64,000 bases of DNA, from the NCBI RefSeq assembly GCF_963921235.1, contig NC_086101.1, forward strand, positions 5,892,001 to 5,956,000, in the 5' to 3' direction. Both the position numbers and the translations under genes were made by a program. This stretch comes from Mobula hypostoma. Taxonomy: Eukaryota. Shown piece by piece: positions 36,801 to 49,169 of this stretch (positions are counted from its first letter, which is position 1; each line of letters opens with the position of its first letter). The notes under the pieces are model-generated. The model saw only the letters and a program-made list of their open reading frames with translations, was not told the DNA's origin and made no database searches.

Positions 36801-39513
36801 CTTCCTTGCCCCCATCTTAAATAGCGGAGTGACGTTTGCAATCTTCCAGTCCTCCGAAACCATGCCAGAATCTGTCGACTTTTGAAAGATCATCGTTAAT
36901 GCCTCCAGAATCTCCACAGCTACTTCTTTCACGAAGGGGTCAATAACCATTCCAGGTGTTTTTTATTGACCACCCAATGGTAATAGGGTCATCGCGGAGC
37001 AGATGGGAGACAGATTCTGGAAAGGAGAAATAATAACAGGGTTGTTGAGGTGGGAGATTTTGATTTCCCAAATATTGATTGGCATCTCCCTAGAGTGAGG
37101 GGTTCAGATGGGATAGAGTTTGTTAGGTGTGTTCAGGAAGGTTTTTTGACACAATATGTAGATATGCCTACAAGAGGAGAGGCTGTACTTGATTTCGTAT
37201 GGGGAAATGAAGCTGGTCAGGTGCCAGGTCTCTCAGTGGGAGAGCATTTTGGAGATGGTGATAACAATTCTATCTCCTTTGCTATAGAATTAGAGAGGGA
37301 TAGGAACAGACAAGTTTGGGAAATGTTTAAATGGAGCAAGGGGAAATATGAGGGTATCAGGCACGAACTTGGAAGCATTAATTGGAAACAGATGTTCTCA
37401 GGGAAACGTGCGGACGAAATGTGGCAAATGTTCAGGAGATATTTGCGTGGGGTTATACGTAGGTACGTTTCAATGAGACATGAAATGGGTGGTAGGTTAC
37501 AAGATCCGTGGTATACAAAGGCTGTTGTAAATCTAGTCAAGGAGAAAAGATGAGCTTACGAAAAGTTTTTTTTAAAAGCTAGGTAATGATAGGAATCTAG
37601 AAGATTATAAGGCTAGCAGGAAGGAGCTTTTGACTGAAATTAGGAGAAGCAGAAGGGGCCATGAGAAGGCATTGGCAGACGGGATTAAGGAAAATCCCAA
37701 GGCATTCGACATGTATGTGAAGAGCAAGAGGATAGGACGTGAGAGAATAGGACCAATCAAGTGTGACAGAGGAAAGTGTAGGGAACCAGAGGAAGTAGCG
37801 GAGGTACTTAATGAATACTTTGCTTCAGTATTCACCACGGAAAAGGACTTTGGCGATTGTAGGGATGACTTGTAGTTGACTGAAAAGCTTGAGAATGTAG
37901 ATATTAAGAAAGAGGGTGTGCTGGAGCTTTTGGAAAGCATCAAGTCGGATAAGTCACCGGGACCAGACGGGATGTACCCCAGGCTACTGTGGGAAGCGAG
38001 GGAGGAGATTGCTGAGCCTTTGGCAATGATCTTTGCATCATCAATGAGGATGGGAGAGGATCCGAAGGATTGAAAGGTGGAGATGTTGTTCCCTTATTCA
38101 AGAAAGGGAGTAGGGATAGCCCAGGAAAATATAGGCCAGTGAGTCTTACTTCAGTGGTTGGTAAGTTGATGGAAAAGATACTGAGGCAGGATTTATGAAC
38201 ATTTGGAGAGGCATAATATTATTAGGAACAGTTAGCATGGTAGCATGGCTTTGTCAAAGGCACTCGTACCTTACGAACCTGATTGAATTTTTTGAGAATG
38301 TGACTGAACACATTGATGAAGGTAGAGCCGTAGATGTAGAGTATATGGATTTTAGCAAGGCATTTGAAAAAGTACCCCATGTAAGGCTTTATGAGAAGCT
38401 AAGGAAGCATGGGATCCAAGGAAATATTGCTTTGTGGATTCAGAAATTGGCTTGCCCACAGTAGACAGTGGTGGTAGATGGGTCATGTTCTGCATGGAGG
38501 CCGGTGACCCGTGATGTGCCTCAGGGCTCTGTTCTGGGACTCCTACTCTTTGCGATTTTTATACATGACCTGGATGAGGAAGTGGAGGGATGGGTTAGTA
38601 AATTTGCTGATAACACAACGGTTGGGGGTGTTGTGGATAGTGTGGAGGGCTGTCAGAGGTTACAACGGGATATTGATAGAATGCAAAACTGGGCTGAGGA
38701 GTGGCAGATGGAGTTCAACCCAGATAATTGTGAGGTGCTTCAGTTTGGTAGATCAAATATGATGGCAGAATATAGTATTAATGGTAAGCTTCTTGGCAGT
38801 GTTGAGGATCAGGGGGATCTTGGGGTCCGAGTCCTTTGGACACTCAAAGCTGCTACGCAGGTGGACTCTGTGGTTAAGAAGGCATACGGTGTATTTGCTT
38901 TCATCAATCGTGGGATAGAGTTTCAGAGCCGAGAGGTAATGTTGCAGCTATATAGGACCCTGGTCTGACCTCACTTGGAGTACTGTGCTCAATTCTGGTC
39001 GCCTCACTGCAGGAAGGACGTGGAAACCACAGAAAGGGTGCAGAGGAGATATACAAGGACGTTGCCTGAATTGGGGGACATGCTTTAAGAGAATAGGTTG
39101 AGTGAACTCGGCCTTTTCTCCTTGGAGCGATGGAGGAAAAAAGGTGACCTGATAGAGGTGGACAAGATAATAACAGACATTGATCGGCTGGATAGTCAGA
39201 GGCTTCTTCTCCCCAGGGCTGAAATGGCTTGCACGAGAGCATAATTTTAAGGTGCTTAGAAGCAGGTACAGAAGAGATGTTCGGGGTAAGTTTTTTTTTA
39301 CGCAGAGTGGCAAGAGCGTGGAATGGGCTAAAAGCGGCGGTGGTGGAGACGGAAACGATAGGGTCTTTAAAGAGACTCCTGGATGGCTACATGGAGCTTA
39401 GAAAAGTAAAGGGCTATGGGTGATGCCTACGTAGTTCTATGGTAGGGACATGTTCGGCACAGCTTTGTGGGCCGAAGGGCCTGCATTGTGCTATAGGTTT
39501 TCTATGCTTCTAC
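33875..39513 (+). mobile_element. Near full-length degraded CR1 (33875-35400 + 36931-39513)
   Basis: ORF1 zinc finger and esterase (VHIGTNN, DHWDLFWGR). ORF2 EN/RT pieces resume after the nested element. TTCTATG tail near 39500. Confidence 0.88.
35401..36930 (-). mobile_element. 5'-truncated CR1 nested antisense in the previous CR1
   Basis: YRPVNLT, YLDFQKAFDKV, RPHL and RTEMRRNFF-like motifs on the minus strand. Confidence 0.9.
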
Positions 39514-40449
39514 TATTCAGAAACAAATTCTTCCCCTCCTACCATCAGATTTCAGAATGAACAGTGAACCTGTGAACACATCCGCTTTTTTCTTTATTTT
39601 TCTTTATCTATGTTCTTTTATTTTAAATACATTTCTTCTTGTAACTTGTAGTTTTTCCTTATTATGTACAATGTACCGCCGCTGCAAAACGACAAATTTT
39701 AGGACATATCCCAGTGATATTAAACTTGATTCTGATTCTGAAGTCCACAGAAAATGCCAGAAGCACTCAGTGGGTCAGGCAGAATCTTTGGGGAGAGAAA
39801 CAGTGACCGCCTCATCCCCGAGGTCCAAGCCGTTGACAACCAGCTCCTGTGGTCAGGATTACACCAGGTTCTCTGGCACTCTGCTTCCTGCACCAACCAA
39901 CATTACTCTCTGTGGAGAGGTCCGTGCTCTACAAGTTCTATATAAAATAGCTGAAGATGTGCAGAGATTTACAGGATGCTGTCTAGATTAGACATCATGT
40001 TTTATGTGGAAAGGTTGATCGAGATAAGATTTCACAACAGTCTAAAGTACTACTCAGTGTATCACGGCCATCAAGGACATGTATTCTTTTGTCTGATGTG
40101 AGAAAGTTCGGTTCATGGCAGTACTGCGTTCAATCCACGGATGGGGTATACGAGCAGCCGGAATATCTGTGCAGTTTCTCCTTCCTGCTGGGAACCGGTA
40201 CTGCAAGCAGGGCAGGCTCAAAATTCTGCAACTCCCTGCTGGAGTAAAGTCAGTGTAATTTTATTGTCGAAGTACGTATATGTCACGATGTACGACTTTG
40301 AAATTCTTGTCAGTGTTTACAGCAAAATAAACAAATATAATAGAAATTAGGGGAACATATACTTAAACTAAAACAAGCAAACAATGTGCAAATGAAGACA
40401 AATGAAAATAAAATCCTTACTGGCTCACCTTTACTTGACAGGCAACTCT

Positions 40450-41283
40450 GGGAGAGTTCTGGAGGGGAAGGTGCATTTCCCTGTGCGGCCAGCAGGTGGG
40501 GGAATTGCTCCATTTATTCGCTCTCTCACTCTGCTTTCACCCAGCCGGGACAGAGTGCGTCAACAGATGGTAAGTGCACACTCGCTGCTCCCCAATGACC
40601 AGCAGGAGTTGTGGGGAATTACTCTGGCCCACACCCCTTGCCTCCTTACCAGAGAGGAGGGCATCACAGACTGAGGAGATCACAAGGTACAGAAGTCTGG
40701 GAACATGGTGCTTCAGCAGGTGTCGAGGAAAAAGTCAACAGCAACAATTGACTCGGTCTCTCTATCCTCAGGCGTGGAAAGTCAAATACTACAGGGAGTA
40801 AATATAAGGTGAGAGCAGAATGTTTATAGGAGATTGATGAGGTAAGTTTGTTTTACACAGAGAATGGTCGGTGCCTGGAACGTGCTGTCAGGGGAGGTGG
40901 TGGAAACAGATACAACAACAACATTTCAGTAGCATTTAGACACATGAACAGACAGGGAATGGAGGGTTGTGGGCCGTGTTCAGTCAGATGGGATGAGATT
41001 GAATTGGCACAATGTTCAGCACAGACTTGTGGGCCGAATGTGCTGTTCCTGTGCTGTATTGTTCAATGTTCTATGTTCAGCAGTTGTGGACGCAGCAGTC
41101 AACAACAACTGTTCTTTAGGTACAGTCGCTGTGTAAATGCAATAAAGCGTTCCGGGCTCTTACACAGACGTGTTTCTCACTGGGTACAAAAACAATGAAT
41201 ACAACAAACTCTGCATACTGTTACATCCATTGGATGCCAGCGGAGTGAATACAGTCAACACAGCGTACAGAGGATGCTTTACA
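40450..41283 (+). repeat. Locally duplicated block, copy B
   Basis: Collinear with about 11165-11975. Confidence 0.85.
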
Positions 41284-41284
41284 C

Positions 41285-41417
41285 CTAGCCCAAGTCTGAG
41301 TTCTTGTCCCTGCTCCTTGTCTGTATCCCGTCACGTCCCTACTCTACTCAAGTCCTGTTCCTTGTACTTCAGTGCCTGTGTCTTGCATTTGGGTCCGCTA
41401 CAGCGCCCCCTTTGACA
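41285..41417 (+). mobile_element. 3' end of an LTR related to the 28924-32338 solo LTR
   Basis: gtcttgcatttgggtc...gccccc...tgaca matches 32294-32338. Confidence 0.65.
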
Positions 41418-41572
41418 CCTAGAGGAAGACCTCGGCTTATGCACATCAAAAGCCTAGCCAGGTGGCTATACATTGAGGAAATGGACGTCACCCAAAGAAT
41501 GAGGGATAGATCTATATGGAAAACCATGGTCACCAACGTCCGCATCGGATATGGTATCTAGACAGACAGACA
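41418..41572 (+). mobile_element. RTE LINE 3' end
   Basis: PRGRPRL..RDRSIWKTMV..GYG-stop followed by a (GACA)n tail. Confidence 0.7.
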
Positions 41573-41589
41573 TTGACCCGCTATAGAGG

Positions 41590-44130
41590 AGGTCACAGGT
41601 TTAAACTAATATGGCACGGGGATGGGAACCAGCATGTTAGAGATGAGGATGAGCCAGCAGGTTTACAAGGAGATGATGGGTGTAACATGAATATAAGGAA
41701 GGACAAGCCACTGATTGGGCACCAGTGCAGACAAAGCAAAGAGTTAAATTGTACCACAGTGGCAAAATTCAAAAGAGCGAAGAATGTAGGACTGAAGGTT
41801 TGTATTTAAGTTTGCGTAACATTCAGAATAAAGTGGACAAACTCATGGCACAACTAGAGACTGTTCGGTATGACATTGTGGGCAATGCTGACTCGTGGCT
41901 AAATGAATGCCATAATTGGGAGCTTAATATCAAAGGATATAGTTTGTATCAAAAGGACAGGCAAAGGCAATGGTGTGGCTCTGTTGGTAAGAGATGGAAG
42001 TACATCTTTAAAAAGAGGCGATTTCGGGTCAGAGATGTTCAGTCTTTATGGTGGAGTTAAGAAATTGCGAGGGTGGAAAAAAGACCATTACGGGAATCGT
42101 ATATAGCCCTCCAAATAGAAGCCTAAATGTCGGGTTGACTGCTGGGAAATGCATGTTATAAGGATAAGGAAAAAAAAACAAGATGCAAGGGGATTGGGAA
42201 AATCACATTGGTGTCAGATCGCAAGAGAGGGAATTTGTTGAATGCATTTGAGATGGGTTTTTTTTAAGAGCAGCATGTGCTTGAGCCGACTATGAGAAAG
42301 GCTATTTGAGATTGGGTGTTGTGTAATAACCAGATCGTATCAGGGAGCTTAACGTAAAGGATCCCTGAGGAGACAGTGATCATAATATGATTGAATTCAT
42401 ACTGCAATTTGAGAGGGAGAAGCATGACTCACATGTATTAGTATCACAATGGAATAAAGGGAATTAAAGGCATGAGAGAGGAGCTTGCCCGTTTAGATTA
42501 GAGGATTCTGGTGGGGATGATGGCAGAGCAGAGATAGCTAGAGTTTCAGGGAATAGTTCACAAAGCACAGGATAGATATGTTCCACAGAAGAAGTAATCA
42601 AATGGCAGGAGTAGGTAACCATAGCTGACAAGGGTAGATAAAGTCTGCATAAAACCAAGGAAAGGGCATAATAGGTAGCAAAAGTTAGTGGGAAGTTGGA
42701 TAATTGGTCAGGGCATCGAAGCATTTGGGGGAAAAGGCCGTCGTATGGAGTTCAGTGGGATCTGGGATCAGCCATGATAGAATGGTGAAGCAGAGTCGAT
42801 GGGCTGAATGGCCTAATTCTGCTCCTATGTCTCATTGTCTTATAGTCTTATTGGTCAGAAGACCACCCTGCAAGAAAATTTGCACAAAGGTACAGGGCTC
42901 AATGTTTGACAATTTCTGCTTCCGCTGGAGGTCAGAGACTGTCTTTGCTGGGACTGGAGGAACAGGACAGGGCTTGCTTTGTTGGTGTTGCTTTGTTGCT
43001 TTTTGAACTGTTTCATTATCTGCTGTGTTGTTCTGATAAACACGGGAGAAATGACAACTGTGTGGGACAGGGGTGAAGAGAAAGCTTGGACTGCGGAGAG
43101 CCACACATCACTGCTTTAGATCCACAGTCAATGGTGAATGACCATTCCGGCACACTGGTTAATCGCCGACCAGAAAGCAATTTACATTCACAGAAATTCC
43201 ACTCAGCTCATGGAATCCTGTCAGCTTCCCTGCCTACTCCTTCCAAGTAGCACAGGGCATGGGTGATTTCTCTGAACAGCTCACAATAGACGGCCACACA
43301 GAGCACCCCTCTCATATTGAAACATCCCCACACCCCAGCCACACGGGAGTCCCCTCAGGTCCAAGTTATCGTCTAAAAATGGAAAAGGCTCCCAGATTAT
43401 CCACGGGGCCGGGAAAATGTATTCCTCCAATTGGACAGGGGCTCTCATCAGTTCCCAGCATTTCCAGGGGCAGAGCCTAATAAAAGCAAGTATTCCCTAA
43501 GCCTTCTTAACCACTCTGTCAACATGTGTAGTCACTTTCACGGAGCTATGAACTTGGACCACAGGATCTCTCTGCCCAGCAACACTTAAGATTCTTGCCC
43601 TTAACAATATACTGTCTCCTTGCATTTGCCCTACCAAGGTGAAACAGCTCACATTTATCTGACTTAAACTCCAATTGCCATTTCTCTGCTTGAATGTGCA
43701 AATGATCTATATCTCAATGCCAAGGACTTTTCATGATCCCTCCTGGCTTTCCTAATTCTGAAACTTTACATACTTTTCCTTTCTCTTCTTGACTAAATTC
43801 ATCACCTCTCTAGACATCCAAGTTTCTCTCATCTTTCCATCCCTGTCCTTTTTCCCAACAGGAATATACCTTTCCTGTACTCTGTGCAATTGATCTTTAA
43901 GCACACTCCACATGTCTGAAAAAAGGTGTTCCCAATTAACTCTTAGGTCCTGCCTAATGCCCTTGTAATTGGCCCAAATCCAATTTAAGATTCTCCCACA
44001 GGAAATCTATCTGTCCTTATCTGTTGCTATCCTGAAAGTTAAGGAGTTGTAATCACTGTTCCCAAACTGCTCATCCGCTGAAAGTCAGTCACCTGACCAG
44101 GCTCATTACACAACATCAGGTCCAGTACCT
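41590..44130. mobile_element. Old CR1 fragments (plus at about 41590-42855, minus at about 43495-44130)
   Basis: Decayed endonuclease-region motifs and a CR1 tail at about 42825-42855. Confidence 0.65.
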
Positions 44131-44149
44131 CAATTTTTCTAAAAGGTTA

Positions 44150-45835
44150 ATTTCTCACTCCCTTTCCCCTTCTTGCATTCTGTTTCCCCACTCAGCCCTT
44201 CTTCTCATCTGATCATTACTTCCCCCAGTGTTGCTCTTCCTTCCCTTTCTCCCATGGTCCACTCTTCACCCCCATCTGAATCCGTCTTCAGCTCTTTACC
44301 ACTTTCACCTATCACCTCTCAGCTCCTTACTTAGTCACCCCTCCCCCCCTACACCCCCCCTACACCCCCCCCTTGCCCCTTCACCTGCCCCCACCTGTCA
44401 CCTGCCAGCTTGTACACTTTGTCATTCTGGCTTCTTTCCCCTTCCTTTCCAGTTCTGATGATGGGTCTCGGAGCAACATCCCCTCCATTGATGTTGCCTG
44501 ACCTGCTGAGTTCCTCCAGCGTTTTGTGTGTGTTGATCAGGATTTCCAGCTATTGCACAATCTCTGGTGTCAGATGCTCCATGGAACCTGACTGAGATCT
44601 GCTGCGTGTTTCCTGCATTTCTTGCAGATAAAATGTGACCAAAACCAAATTACTGATTCCATGTGTCCTGCCGAAGGGTTTCTGCCTGAAACATTGACTG
44701 TACTTTTTTTTCCACGTATGTTCCTTGCCCGGCTGCGCCCCTCCAGCATTTTGTGTGTATTACTCGGATTTCCAGCACCTGCCGATCTTCTCTAGTTTGT
44801 GATTATGTTGCTGCATGTTTTCAGTGGAAGGCATCCTGGTATCTTCCAACTAATCTCAAGTGACGGAGGGATCAGGACGATAACAAACAGGGCTGAAAAT
44901 CAATGAAATGAGAATAAAGGGCTTGGCAGCTTGCAGCTGGACAGAAAGGAACAACATTAAAAAGGGAACCAGTGCGGTTTTAGGCGGCAGTTAAATATAA
45001 ATTTAGAACAACTGTTAAAACAAATTATTTTACAAAACAGAGAAGATGCGTTGCAATGTGACAGGAACTGCGGCCATTGCAGAAAATAAGGACTAGAGAT
45101 TGTACACCATGGATTGGAAGAAGTTCAGCTTTTCGGCGAAGTCAGATTTCCACTGCCCTTCGTGTGAAGAAGCTTCCAGCTTCCACCAGTGCGATCCAGT
45201 TCCAATGGAAGGTCAGCCTTTCCTGGTTGTGGACGGGACCCTCGGGTAGAAAAGGTTTCCCTCGGCCAGTCCTGTAAACCCCTTCTGCTTCAGACAGCGT
45301 TTTGATTCCAGGAGAGAATGTATGCTCGGATTTCCAGCATCTGCAGATTTTCTCTTCTTTTTCCATGTGGGAATCCGTTCTAATCCTGGCTTGATTCTTC
45401 TCATAAATTTGAAGAACAGTTCATGTTCCACTCAGGGCCAGGAACATTGAATTCCAAAACTTTTGGGACTAGTTCCCCACATTTTCTGTCACATTCCCTT
45501 TTTAATCCTCTCTCATCCTCCTGATCCACCAGCCCTGTCACCTTATCTCTTTCTTCTCTCCCACCCCCATCTCTCCATCTGTCCATCACCCACACTTTCC
45601 TCCCCCCCTCCCTCCCTTTATTCCAGGCTCCACTTTCCCCTCTGACCAGATTCCATCATCTTTGTCACTGCCACCTCTCACCTCCCATCGTCTGACACAT
45701 TTCCACCCTCCAGCCTCCCTCTTTCTTACTTTCAGTCCAGCTGAAGGGTATCGAGGCAAAACGTCAATTACTCATTTCCAACTATCGTTGCTGCCTGACC
45801 TGTTGAGACTCCCCTGCACTTTGCCTGTCTCCACC
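44150..45835 (+). mobile_element. Penelope-like element terminal fragments (about 44150-44570, 44665-44805, 45400-45835)
   Basis: GIY-YIG C-terminal remnant KFEEQFMFH..NIEF (about 45404-45460), pyrimidine-rich tract, decayed CTGATGA..GAAAC hammerhead, and gctgcctgacctgctgag terminal motif. Confidence 0.6.
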
Positions 45836-45840
45836 ACCAC

Positions 45841-47350
45841 ATGATAATTTTTCAAAACTCGTTAGATTCTGGACTGGTTCCTGAGGATTGGAGGGTGGCT
45901 AATGTAACCCCACTTTTTAAAAAAGGAGGGAGAGAGAAACCAGAGAATTATAAACTGGTAAGCCTGACATCGGTGGTGGGGAAACTGCTGGAGTCAGTTA
46001 TCAAAGATGTGATAACAGCACATTTGGAAAGCAGTGAAATCATCAGACAAAGTCAGCATGGATTTGTGAAAGGAAAATCATGTCTGACGAATCTCATAGA
46101 ATTTTTTGAGGATGTAACTAATAGAGTGGATAGGGGAGAACCAGTGGATGTGGTATATTTGGATTTTCAAAAGGCTTTTGACAAGGTCCCACACAGGAGA
46201 TTAGTGTGCAAACTTAAAGCACATGGTATTGGGGGTAAGGTATTGATGTGGATAGAAAATTGGTTAGCAGACAGGAAGCAAAGAGTGGGAATAAACGGGA
46301 CCTTTTTAGAATGGCAGGCAGTGACTAGTGGGGTACCGCAAGGCTCAGTGCTCGGACCCCAGTTGTTTACAATATAGATTAATGACTTGGATGAGGGAAT
46401 TAAATGCAGCATCTCCAAGTTTGCAGATGACACGAAGCTGGGTGGCAGTGTTAACTGTGAGGAGGATGCTAAGAGGATGCAGGGTGTCTTGGATAGGTTG
46501 GGTGAGTGGGCAAATTCATGGCAGATGCAATTTAATGTGGATAAATGTGAAGTTAACCACTGGTGGCAAAAATAGGAAAACAGATTATTATCTGAATGGT
46601 GGCTGATTAGGAAAAGGGGAGGTGAAACGAGACCTGGGTGTCATTATACACCAGTCATTGAAAGTGGGCATGCAGGTACAGCAGGCGGTGAAAAAGGCGA
46701 ATGGTATGCTGGCATTTATAGCGAGAGGATTCGAGTACAGGAGCAGGGAGGTACTACTGCAGTTGTACAAGGCCTTGGTGAGACCACACCTGCAGTATTG
46801 TGTGCAGTTTTGGTCCCCTAATCTGAGGAAAGACATCTTTGCCATAGAGGGAGTACAAAGAAGGTTCACCAGATTGATTCCTGGGATGGCAGGACTTTCA
46901 TATGAAGAAAGACTGGATGAACTGGGCTTGTACTCGTTGGAATTTAGAAGATTGAGGGGGGATCTGATTGAAACGTATAAGATCCTAAAGGGATTGGACA
47001 GGCTGGATGCAGGAAGATTGTTCCCGATGTTGGGGAAGTCCAGAACGAGGGGTCACAGTTTGAGGATAGAGGGGAAGCCTTTTAGGACCGAGATTAGGAA
47101 AAACTTCTTCACACAGAGAGTGGTGAATCTGTGGAATTCTCTGCCACAGGAAACAGTTGAGGCCAGTTCATTGGCTATATTTAAGAGGGAGTTAGATATG
47201 GCCCTTGTGGCTAAAGGGATCGGGGGTATGGAGGGAAGGCTGATACAGGGTTCTGAGTTGGATGATCAGCTATGATCATACTGAATGGTGGTGCAGGCTC
47301 GAAGGGCCGAATGGCCTACTCCTGCACCTATTTTCTATGTTTTCTATGTC
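45841..47350 (+). mobile_element. Young 5'-truncated CR1
   Basis: RT and C-terminal ORFs (45841-46377, 46622-47275), TTCTATGT tail. Same subfamily as 54332-56660. Confidence 0.93.
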
Positions 47351-47629
47351 CCACCTTTCCAAGATTCACCTTGACTTTCCTCAGTCAGCCCACCATCACT
47401 TGTACCGTGTTACCCGTCTCAGTGTGAGTGAACTTTAGGACCAGGGAGAGCCGGGGAGCTCAGGACCCGCAACTCACGGCTGCTCTGAATCCATAGTGTT
47501 TCTGTTCCGTTGACGGATGTGGTGAATGATTTAAAGCAAATAGAACAATAATTCTCACATCGTGTTTATTTCACTCTCCACACATTTATATTTACACTGA
47601 CTTACTCCTGACTTCAGTTCTGGGACCCG

Positions 47630-48089
47630 AACCATTTACAGACCCAGAGCAGATTCTCAGCCACCGGATTTTATGCCAAGTCCAGAGAAAGGATAAAGGT
47701 TCTCTGTGAATTTATTCCCAGTGAAGGTGTGGAGATGGGACTTGGTCTCTGCGTTGTAAAATGAAACTGTCCCGGACTCGTAACTGAGATAAACTCCTAC
47801 ACTTCCAGGGGTGGGACCAGCAGGGAGATGGGATTCAGAGGAAGGGGGAACACAGATCACGTGATCAACCCCTGTGATGATCCAGAATCTGTGACTCCCA
47901 GACACCAGTACAGATTCCCTGCCACCTCCACCTCCCAGTAATGTCTCCCTGAGGTGAATCCCTCTGATCCCAGCACACATTCCCAGACTGTGAACCTCTT
48001 CCCGGTGTCAGGGAGATCCCTCCAGGTCCCAGTGTATCTCACACTCCTCCGATCATTAGACACTGTTTCTACATCCAGGGTGACAGAGA
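47630..48089 (-). pseudogene. TRIM last exon: PRY-SPRY domain with deletions and frameshifts
   Basis: [28 protein letters not shown], then in another frame [30 protein letters not shown]. Confidence 0.92.
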
Positions 48090-48284
48090 CTGGGGAGAAG
48101 AAGCAGAGAATTAGAGAGTCCCCGGGGATCGGTGGGTCTGAAGGAGACTCTGGATGGAGAGTGAAATGTTCCTGAAAATCACACAAAGTACTGGAGGAAA
48201 TCAGCGGGTCAAGAGCCATGTGTGAAGGAGATAAACAGTCGATATTTCAGATCATAACAAGGAGCACATGCCATTCCTCAGAGG

Positions 48285-48970
48285 GATGAGAAGTGGAGAG
48301 AGTGAGCAGCTTCAAGTTCCCGGGTGTCAAGATCTCTGAGGATCTAACCTGGTCCCAACATATTGATGCAGCTATAAAGAAGACAAGACAGCAACTATAC
48401 TTCATTAGGAATTTGAAGAGCTTTGGTATGTCAACAAATACATTCAAAAACTTCTACAGATGAACTGTGGAGAGCATTCTGACAGGCTGCATCACTGTCT
48501 GGTATGGAGGGGCTACTGCACAGGACCGGAAGAAGCTGCAGATGGTTGTAAATCTAGTCAGCTCCATCTTGGGTACTAGCCTACAAAGTACCCAGGACAT
48601 CTTCAAGCAGCCGTGCCATTATTAAGGACTTCCAGCACCCAGGGTATTCCCTTTTCTCACTGTTACCATCAGGTAAGAGGTACAGAAGCCTGAAGGCACA
48701 CACTCAGCGATTCAGAAACAGCTTCTTCCCCTCTGCTATCCAATTCCAAAATGGACGTTGCACCTGTGAACACTACCTCACTTTTTTAATATATATTATT
48801 TCTGTTTTTGTATAATTTTTAATCTATTCAATATACATTTAACTGATTTACTTATTTATTTGTTATTATTATTTTATTTTTCTTCTATATTATGTATTGT
48901 ATTAAGCTGCTGCTAAGTTAACAAATTTCACGACAAGTACTGGTGCTAATAAACCTGATTCTGATTCTGA
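48285..48970 (+). mobile_element. Rex1/Babar 3' fragment in a TRIM intron
   Basis: VERVSSFKF, LYFIRNLKSFG and RYRSL remnants. AATAAACC(TGATTC)n tail. Confidence 0.8.
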
Positions 48971-49169
48971 AGAACATAACAAATAGGAGCAGGAGTAGAC
49001 CATCTGGCCCGTCGAACCTGCTCCACCATTTAATAAGATCATGGCTGATTTGGCCGTGGAATCATCTCCATAGTCAAGAATGGAAAGAGTAGAAATGGGT
49101 GTGAGGAAGGGGTGGAATGACAACTGAATTTGGTGGGTAGGGGTGAGTGAACACTAGAGGGATTTAAAC

